Source: an uncultured Chloroflexia bacterium (GTDB lineage: Bacteria > Chloroflexota > Limnocylindria > Limnocylindrales > CSP1-4). Taken from it: a DNA stretch of 64,000 bases. Shown one piece after another: positions 57,155 to 64,000 of this stretch. The notes under the pieces were generated by a model, which saw nothing but the letters and a program-made list of their open reading frames with translations, ran no database searches and was not told the origin of the DNA. Made by a program: the position numbers and the translations under genes. Each line of letters opens with the position of its first letter. The stretch's first letter is position 1. The DNA lies in NCBI GenBank assembly GCA_963749705.1, contig CAVVNQ010000004.1, positions 192,001 to 256,000 on the forward strand, in the 5' to 3' direction.

Positions 57155-57624
57155 GGATCGCCCTGGGTGCCGACGACCTCGGCTACCCGCTCAAGGAGAC
57201 GGTCAAGGCACACCTCGCCGCACTCGGCCACGACGTGGTCGACTATGGCGCCTTCGACACGGCTCCGACCGATTACCCGGACATTGCCGTCACCGTCGCG
57301 CGGGACGTTGCGGATGGCACCGTTCCCCGAGCGCTCCTGTTCTGTGGCACCGGCATCGGCATGGCGATGACCGCCAACAAGGTGGCCGGTGTGCGGGCTG
57401 CGTCGGTCAGCGATCCCTATTCGGCCGAGCGGGCCCGCAAGTCGAACGACGCTCAGATCCTGTGCCTGGGAGCACTCGTCGTCGGGCCGAGCGTCGCCAC
57501 GATGCTCGTGGACATCTGGCTCGCCGCGGAGTTTCAGGGTGGGGCGTCTGCGCGTAAGGTCGGCAAGATCCAGGAGCTGGACACCGATCGCTCGAGCGCG
57601 ATTGTCCAGGACGCGGGCTCGTAG
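57151..57624 (+). CDS. RpiB/LacAB-family sugar-phosphate isomerase (DerI-like)
   Basis: CGTGIGM...ANK..G.RA motif; SAERARKSN. Confidence 0.9.
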   Translation: MRIALGADDLGYPLKETVKAHLAALGHDVVDYGAFDTAPTDYPDIAVTVARDVADGTVPRALLFCGTGIGMAMTANKVAGVRAASVSDPYSAERARKSNDAQILCLGALVVGPSVATMLVDIWLAAEFQGGASARKVGKIQELDTDRSSAIVQDAGS

Positions 57625-57689
57625 CTCCGACCAGCTGTCCCGTGGCGACCTGGCTGATCGCTACGGACCGACGGCCACCTGGGTAGCGC

Positions 57690-58544
57690 TCACCCTTGGT
57701 CCCCCGGGCTCGAGCTGGGATCCCAGTCCATCAGCCAGGCGTGGTCTGGATCCAGCGTGAAGTGCCACAGGCGGGTCGGGCCGGCCATCACGTTGAGGTA
57801 GTAGCAGTCGTAGCCGGCTGGACAGCCAACAGGATGGAAGCCGCGAGGCACCAGCACGACGTCACCATTCATCGGCGTGAGGGCATCGTCCAGCGATCGG
57901 TCGGTCGTGTAGATGCGCTGGAGAGCGAAGCCCTGGGGCTTCTCGAACCGGTAGTAGTACAGCTCCTCGAGGAGGCTCTCGCGCGGTTGATCCTCGGTGT
58001 CGTGCTTGTGGGGCGGGTAGCTGGACCAATTGCCGCCCGGCGTGACGACTTCGACCAGAATGAGTCGCCCGGCATCGGCGTCGGGCGGCAGCAGGTGGCG
58101 GACCGTCCGGAAGGTACGACCCGCGCCCCGAGCCTCCACGCGCATCGTTGCGGGTTCGATGAGCCTGGTCTGCAGCACGTCGCCACCAGGCGCGCCGGCG
58201 ATCGCAACCAGGGCTGGCGTGACCGCGCGGACCTGGAACGGCGTTCCGGGCGCGACCAGCACGACCGGGGCTGGAACGTCTTCGAATACGGAGCTCCGGC
58301 TGCCGACGTTGTTGAATACGAGCGAGCCCGCGACGATCCCAACGGCCCCCTCGAGCACGACGACAGCGACCTCGCGTTCGTCGCCCGACCGATTGATGGT
58401 CTGACCCGGGATCATCGTGTGAGCGACGAACGAAATCCAATGCCATCCGCGGTGGGCAAGGGTCGGAGGTTCAGCCGATGGATCGATGACAACGCCAACG
58501 CCATCGCGGCCCGACGATACCGATCGACGGAGGAGCCTGCTCAT
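57690..58544 (-). CDS. iolB: 5-deoxy-glucuronate isomerase
   Basis: GNWSSYPPHKHD, LEELYYY, GFHP and YYLNVMAG motifs. Confidence 0.92.
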   Translation of the reverse strand: MSRLLRRSVSSGRDGVGVVIDPSAEPPTLAHRGWHWISFVAHTMIPGQTINRSGDEREVAVVVLEGAVGIVAGSLVFNNVGSRSSVFEDVPAPVVLVAPGTPFQVRAVTPALVAIAGAPGGDVLQTRLIEPATMRVEARGAGRTFRTVRHLLPPDADAGRLILVEVVTPGGNWSSYPPHKHDTEDQPRESLLEELYYYRFEKPQGFALQRIYTTDRSLDDALTPMNGDVVLVPRGFHPVGCPAGYDCYYLNVMAGPTRLWHFTLDPDHAWLMDWDPSSSPGDQG

Positions 58545-58670
58545 CCGTCGGCTTGCGCGAGCAGAGGCTCGCTGGTGGCAGGCGTGGTCCTGCACGGGCG
58601 ACCCTGCGAGCCAGGTGCCGATTTCGGGCCCGTCCCGCCGCCCTCCGGTTGGCCGGCAGTAGCGCGAGTC

Positions 58671-60548
58671 TCACACAAGCCGTCGCTCCGTCGCTACGCG
58701 CTCCTCGTACGCTCGGCGGGCCTTGCGCACCGATGAGAAGCCGCTGACTTCCGCGACCGGGACATCCCACCACGACCCGTACGCCTGGACGCTCACGGTT
58801 GGGTCGATCTCGACGACGATCACCGTGGTCCGGTCCGAGGTTCGCGCATCCGCGAGGGCGCCCGCAAGCTCATCGGGCGTGTCGGCTCGCAGGACGCGCG
58901 CGCCGAGGCTCCTGGCGTTGGCTGCGAAGTCAATCGGCAGGTTGGCTCCGGTCAGGCGGCCGCTCGCGGAGTCTCGGAAGCGGAACGAGTTGAACTCATT
59001 GTGGACGCCGCAAGCGCTGGCGAGGTTCTTGATGCACTGGAACCCATGGTTGTCGAGGACGACGACCGTGAGCCGGATCCCCTCCTGGACCGAGGTCAGC
59101 AGCTCTGACGACAGCATCAGGTAGGAGCCATCACCCACGAGGACGAAGACCTCCGAGTCAGGCGATGCCATCTTCGCCCCGAGGCCGCCCGCGATCTCGT
59201 AGCCCATGGTCGAGTAGCCATACTCGACGTGATAGTCACCCGGCCGGGACGTGCGCCAGAGCTTGTGCAGGTCCCCGGGCAGTCCCCCGGCGGCCTGCAC
59301 CAGGACATCCCCGGGGCGAGCCGCACGATTGACGATCCCGATCACCTCCGGCTGGGACAAATGGTCGTGGCCACGCATCATCAACACGCGGTCCACCTCC
59401 AGCTGCCATGCCTCCCGGAGCGTGGCCATATGGCTGCGCCGCTCGGTGGTGGCCCCAGCCCAGCCGCGCGCCTCCAGCGCCGTCTGCAGGTCGGCCAGGC
59501 CGGATCGCGCGTCCGCGACCAATCCGATGGCCGCGGCCTTCGCCGCGTCAAGCTCAGCAACGTTGAGCGCGATGAATTGGACCCCCGGGTCCTGCCAGGC
59601 CGTCCAGCTCGCGGTCGTGAAATCGGCAAGTCGCGTCCCGATCGCCAGGACGAGATCGGCGTCGCGCGCGGCCGCGTTGCCGGCCGAGCCACCGGTCACC
59701 CCGATCGCCCCGAGCTGCATCGGATGATCCCAGGGGAGCGCGCCCTTGCCACCTTGCGTCTCGACGACCGGCAGCCCGAACCGTTCCGCGAACATGCCCA
59801 ACTCGGCGCATGCATCGCTGTACAGCACCCCGCCCCCGGCAATCACCAGCGGCCGTCGGCTCGAGATCAGGAGGTCCGCCGCGCGCACGAGCGCCGCTTC
59901 ATCGGGGCGGGGGCGGGGAATGTGGTGGACACGCCGCTCGAACAGCTCGACCGGGAAGTCGAATGCCTCCGCCTGTACGTCCTGCGGCAAGGCAAGGGTG
60001 ACCGCTCCAGTCTCGGTTGGGGAGGTGAGAACGCGCATGGCGGCCGGCAACGCGGAGATCAACTGTTCCGGGCGGTTGACGCGATCCCAGTATCTCGATA
60101 CGGGACGCAGACAGTCGTTCACCGAGATGTCCTGCGTCTCCGGCCGCTCCAGCTGCTGGAGCACGGGCGCCACGCGGCGTGTCGCGAAGATGTCGCCGGG
60201 CAGGAGCAGGACGGGAAGCCGGTTGACCGTGGCGGCAGCCGCCCCGGTCACGAGGTTTGTCGCCCCAGGCCCGATCGAGGTGGTGCACGCGAACGCCCCG
60301 AGCCGGCGTCGTCGCTTGGCAAAGGCGACGGCCGCATGCACCATCGCCTGCTCGTTGCGCGCCTGGATGAACCGGATCCGATCCTGTGTCGCATGGAGTG
60401 CCTCGCCCAGACCGGCGACGTTGCCGTGCCCAAAGATCCCAAACACGCCATGGAAGAAGGGGGCTTCGGTCCCGTCACGTTCCACGGACTGCGCGATCAG
60501 GAACTCGATCGTCGCCCGGGCCGCCGTGACCCTGCGTGTCCTGTGCAT
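58671..60548 (-). CDS. iolD: 3D-(3,5/4)-trihydroxycyclohexane-1,2-dione acylhydrolase (ThDP-dependent)
   Basis: GIFGHGN, RNEQ.M.H, LPGDLHKLW, EYGYS.MGYE, GDGSYLM and WWDVPV motifs. Confidence 0.93.
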   Translation of the reverse strand: MHRTRRVTAARATIEFLIAQSVERDGTEAPFFHGVFGIFGHGNVAGLGEALHATQDRIRFIQARNEQAMVHAAVAFAKRRRRLGAFACTTSIGPGATNLVTGAAAATVNRLPVLLLPGDIFATRRVAPVLQQLERPETQDISVNDCLRPVSRYWDRVNRPEQLISALPAAMRVLTSPTETGAVTLALPQDVQAEAFDFPVELFERRVHHIPRPRPDEAALVRAADLLISSRRPLVIAGGGVLYSDACAELGMFAERFGLPVVETQGGKGALPWDHPMQLGAIGVTGGSAGNAAARDADLVLAIGTRLADFTTASWTAWQDPGVQFIALNVAELDAAKAAAIGLVADARSGLADLQTALEARGWAGATTERRSHMATLREAWQLEVDRVLMMRGHDHLSQPEVIGIVNRAARPGDVLVQAAGGLPGDLHKLWRTSRPGDYHVEYGYSTMGYEIAGGLGAKMASPDSEVFVLVGDGSYLMLSSELLTSVQEGIRLTVVVLDNHGFQCIKNLASACGVHNEFNSFRFRDSASGRLTGANLPIDFAANARSLGARVLRADTPDELAGALADARTSDRTTVIVVEIDPTVSVQAYGSWWDVPVAEVSGFSSVRKARRAYEERVATERRLV

Positions 60549-60565
60549 GGTCGCTCCCCTCCTGC

Positions 60566-61324
60566 TCACCGCGCCCCGGGTTCCGCCTCAGGACCGCAGA
60601 TGTACGGTCGTCGTCGAGGTCCGGGAAGCCCTCCCTCATCGACCCGGTCGCGCAGCCATGCCTCCACGTCCTCGAAGGTCGACCAGGGCTCGAAAGCCAC
60701 CCCCCGCTGGCGGCAGATGGCCACCAGGTTTCCCTTGGCGAAGACGGTGTCCGCATAGGCGACCGCGTACTGATCGCTGAAGCCATCGCCGACGAACACG
60801 ACGTGACGGCCGGCCGCCTGCTGCGCCAGGACCCGGGATCGCTTGCAGGTACCACAGACGGGACAATCGGGGTTGCCCGCGGGGAAGCTGATCCTCGGCC
60901 TCGCACCCCCGAACTCGATGCTTGCCGTGAACACCGGGATCTCGCCCAGGCCGAGTGCAGCCACCGCCGGCGACACGAAGAATCCGAGCCCGTCGCTAAC
61001 GATCTCGATGACCGCGCCGAGGTCCCTGGCGGCGGCCACGAACGGGCCGAAGGTCGGGTCGTGTCCCTGATTCCGCAAGACCTCGCGAAGCGTCGATGGG
61101 TCCTGCGGCAGGAGGCCTGCCTCCGCCTCGAGGAGAGCGCGAGTCCCGATGGTTCCGGCACGGTACGCCTGCTCCAGGTCAAGCCATGCTCGCTCCGACG
61201 AGGCGACACGGACCAGCTCGTCGGTCACGTCGATGGTCGCGATCGTGCCGTCGTAGTCGATGAGGAAGGCCAGGTCGGGCGCGCGCTGACCGGGATCGCC
61301 GCTGGCGAGTTCGGAAGTCGACAT
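60566..61324 (-). CDS. MtnX-like HAD-IB phosphatase
   Basis: DYDGT, SDG, CPVCGTCK and GDGFSD motifs. Confidence 0.85.
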   Translation of the reverse strand: MSTSELASGDPGQRAPDLAFLIDYDGTIATIDVTDELVRVASSERAWLDLEQAYRAGTIGTRALLEAEAGLLPQDPSTLREVLRNQGHDPTFGPFVAAARDLGAVIEIVSDGLGFFVSPAVAALGLGEIPVFTASIEFGGARPRISFPAGNPDCPVCGTCKRSRVLAQQAAGRHVVFVGDGFSDQYAVAYADTVFAKGNLVAICRQRGVAFEPWSTFEDVEAWLRDRVDEGGLPGPRRRPYICGPEAEPGAR

Positions 61325-61437
61325 GTCGAACGAACGATCCTTGTCGGCTGGGACGGGCCCGGGAGTAAGACTGGCTCACGTCGGCGGTGGGCCGACACAC
61401 GGTCGGCCCACCGCCATTTGACGCGGCGCCGGTGAGA

Positions 61438-62662
61438 CTACTTGAGCAGGACGTTCTTGGTGTACTCCTGAGCAAGCTCGGTCTTGTACGGAGCGGGGAT
61501 CCAGGCGACGCCGTTCTGCGCCCGGTCCGCCTCGGAGATGATCGAGGGGATGCTGGTGAGGTCGGTCCGCGACGGGATCGAGCCCACGGTCTGGTTCATC
61601 AGCGTCTGGATCTCAGGGCTGGTGAGGAACTCGAGGAACAGGATCGCACCGGCCTTGTTGTGGGCATTCTTGACCACGCCGGCGGTATCACCACCGCCCG
61701 GAAGACCGAACGCGGGGATGTACATCTTGGTGCGCTGTGGAAGGGTCCCGTTGGCGACCGCAGCCTGCGAGTCGTCATCCCAGGCGACCGCCATCGAAGC
61801 GGAGCCCTGGTTGATCATGTCCATGTCCTCGCCGTTGGACAGCGTGACGTTCATGTTCGGGTTGTTCGTCTTGAGCCAGTCCCACGCCAGGTTCCAGTTC
61901 GCGATCTTCGCCGGGTCGACTTCCGTGTCGCCCACGTACTTGTCGAGCCCGCCGGTGAGGGCGCCGATCACGGACTGGACGAAGCCCCCGCCGGCGCCGC
62001 CCTTGTTCGGATCCGGATAGGCGAAGCCCTTCGGGTTTGCCGCAACCCAGGCGGCGAACTCATCCCAGGTCTGCGGCGGGGTTCGGGACGGCGGTGGGGT
62101 CATACAGCATGCCGATCTGGTTGCGGTAGATCGGGACAAGATAGCCACCCGTCTGGACGCCTTCCTGGACGGCCGCGAGCTTGGGATCGATGAGGCTGTG
62201 ATCCGGCAGGGCGTCGTACACGGGGCCGTACCAGAGACCGGCGTCGATGGACGTCTTGACGTCCGCCCCGCCGATCAGCTGGACGTCGATCGTCCCCTGG
62301 TCGCGGTCCTTCTCGGCCAGGATCTTGTCGATCGCGTTGTTGCCGATCAGGATGCGCGCCTCGACCCCGTACTTCGCGGTGAACTGCTTGGCGACTTCCT
62401 TCCAGAAGCCCTCTCCCCACCAGGCCCCGAAGACAACGTCGCCTTCAACCTTGGCGGCCTCGAGCAGCTGATCCTGCGACATGGTCAGGTAGTCGGGAGC
62501 AGCACTCGGCGCTGCGCTGGACTCAGCCGCCTGGGAGGCGGCCGGTTCGGAGCTGGCCGGCGCCGTCGGAGTGCTCGCGGGCGTGCTGGAACATGCGGCG
62601 AGCGAAAACACGATCACGAGGGCGGCGCCGAAGTTCAATCTCTTGTGCACGATTCCCTCCAC
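61438..62662 (-). pseudogene. ABC transporter substrate-binding lipoprotein split by a +1 frameshift (real or sequencing error)
   Basis: Lipobox LAAC in the 62060..62662 ORF; removing one G from GGGG at 62078-62081 gives VPNPPQTWDEFAAW and joins the 61438..62148 frame. Confidence 0.8.
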
Positions 62663-62785
62663 AACGTTGGGACACCTCTGGCGGGGCTCGCGAGGATGGG
62701 CCTCGCCCCGCAGAGCAGCGATCAGGTGATTCAGTGGCTTCGTGAGGCCATCCTCCTTTCGGTGAAGTGACCGGTCACGCCGGGG

Positions 62786-63616
62786 TCATGGCGACTCGGT
62801 GGCTCCGGGGCGCGATCGATTCCGCGGGTTGCCGGCTGGCATGTCCCACCGGATCGCAGAGTCAGGACCTGCATCCAGGTGAGGACCCCGACGGTGGATG
62901 ACGAACTCGAACACATCTGACGCGTAGTGCTCCCAGGTGAGCAGCAGCCGCCGCTCAGCCGCGTCTCGGTCGATCTGCTCGATCACGAAGATCAGCGTTC
63001 CCGGCTCGACGTTGAGGCTGCTCGCCAATGACGTCGAGGCGATGTCGGGGCGGATCCAAGCGGTGCCGTCGACGACGGACAGACCGAGGCGCTCGGCCAT
63101 GAACCGGTAGACCGACAACCCGTCCGCACGCAGGTCGTCCGGGTCGACGCCCGCCGCAGTGAACAGGGACGATGGAAAGACATCTCGCGTGAAGACAACG
63201 GGCCGACCATCGGCCGTGCGAACGCGCTCAAGCACGATGACGGGAGCACCGTTCTCGAGTCCCAGGCGCTCGGCCTCGTGCGCGGTCGCAGCCTGCCGTT
63301 GCAGGCGCAGATCGCGCGTCCCTGGCACCATCCCGTGCGCCCGGATCAGCTCCGTCGCGCTGAGGTTCACATCGAGGCTGCTGTGGAGGACATGGAGCGA
63401 CCGGCGCACGAACGTTCCGTGCCCGTGGCGCCGGATCAACAGGCCGTCCTGCTCGAGCTGCATCACGGCCTCGCGCAGCGACGTGCGGCTCACGCCAAGG
63501 GCTCGAGCGAGCTCGATCTCTGGCGGGAGCTGGCTCCCCGGCGCCAGCTGGCCGTCGACGATGCGGGCCCGTAGATCCTCACGAACTTGTGACGTCAAAC
63601 TTGACCGTGCTACCAT
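62786..63616 (-). CDS. GntR (HutC/UTRA) transcriptional regulator
   Basis: LPPEIEL...GVSR.SLREA...RRHG.GTFV motif plus UTRA domain. Confidence 0.92.
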   Translation of the reverse strand: MVARSSLTSQVREDLRARIVDGQLAPGSQLPPEIELARALGVSRTSLREAVMQLEQDGLLIRRHGHGTFVRRSLHVLHSSLDVNLSATELIRAHGMVPGTRDLRLQRQAATAHEAERLGLENGAPVIVLERVRTADGRPVVFTRDVFPSSLFTAAGVDPDDLRADGLSVYRFMAERLGLSVVDGTAWIRPDIASTSLASSLNVEPGTLIFVIEQIDRDAAERRLLLTWEHYASDVFEFVIHRRGPHLDAGPDSAIRWDMPAGNPRNRSRPGATESP

Positions 63617-63660
63617 TCGCCACCAAAGGTATGATGTCTAAGGTCTGAGGTCCGGACAGT
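63607..63660. promoter_or_regulatory. Divergent promoter region with GntR-box-like repeats
   Basis: Plus strand GTGCTA, 17 nt, then TATGAT (63630); GATGTCTAAGGTCTGAGGTCCGGAC resembles half-sites of the 51125 palindrome. Confidence 0.55.
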
Positions 63661-63710
63661 AGCAGCGGCCGGACCGTCCTGTCAACGCCGACAACGAGGG
63701 ATCGAGGCGA

Positions 63711-64000
63711 GTGAGCTTGTCGTGGATCCGGCCTGGGCGGCCGCTGGTCGTGGCGCATCGAGGGCTCCGAGCGCGGATCCCTGAGCAGACGATGCCGTCG
63801 TTCCGCGCGGCCATCGAGCACGGCGCCGAGATGATCGAGGCCGATGCCCTGCTCAGCGCCGACGGAGAGCTCGTCCTGATGCATGACGACACGGTCGATC
63901 GGACCACCGACGGGCGCGGCCGCGTGGCGGAGATGTCATGGGACGAGCTGGCGCGCCTCGACGCCGGGACCTGGTTCGGACCGGAGTTCGCCGGCCTGCG
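63711..64000 (+). CDS. Glycerophosphodiester phosphodiesterase (GDPD), N-terminal part; runs off the window edge
   Basis: Manual translation: VVAHRG...PEQT...IEAD...DGELVLMHD.TVDRTTDG. Not in the ORF track. Confidence 0.9.
   Translation, partial: MSLSWIRPGRPLVVAHRGLRARIPEQTMPSFRAAIEHGAEMIEADALLSADGELVLMHDDTVDRTTDGRGRVAEMSWDELARLDAGTWFGPEFAGL

Overview
Very GC-rich bacterial chromosomal segment with about 60 real genes, buried under many GC-driven shadow ORFs. The lineage is probably monoderm, possibly Chloroflexota-like. This is an inference from the LDH-like Mdh, ATP-dependent PckA, F420-type LLM, stand-alone RND permease and many leaderless starts. From left to right: a reductive-pyrimidine/beta-alanine-type cluster (class III aminotransferase, ureidopropionase-like nitrilase, LLM, mmsA), an RsbW/STAS/PP2C partner-switch triad, two lgt paralogues, a large secreted S8 protease, mdh-pckA, cystathionine beta-synthase/gamma-lyase, an ECF sigma/ZAS anti-sigma pair, sufB-sufD-Rieske, an in-frame YcaQ/Eis read-through, MarR-RND, a secreted beta-helix-like protein, and a roughly 14 kb GntR-controlled catabolic island (IMPase/HisN, HisC-like, FGGY kinase, HAD, DhaKL, RpiB, iolB, iolD, MtnX-like, frameshifted ABC binding protein, GDPD). 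The most notable signals are: a c-di-GMP-II-like riboswitch variant at 45563-45660 that appears to replace the kink-turn with an extra hairpin and a possible second pseudoknot; the unusual inositol/tetrose/aminotransferase island; several long imperfect intergenic palindromes; and apparent pseudo-enzymes (an SDR lacking the catalytic Ser and Tyr, and a divergent Lgt). I saw no rRNA, tRNA, CRISPR array or transposase. All calls come from reading motifs by eye, and no database search was run.
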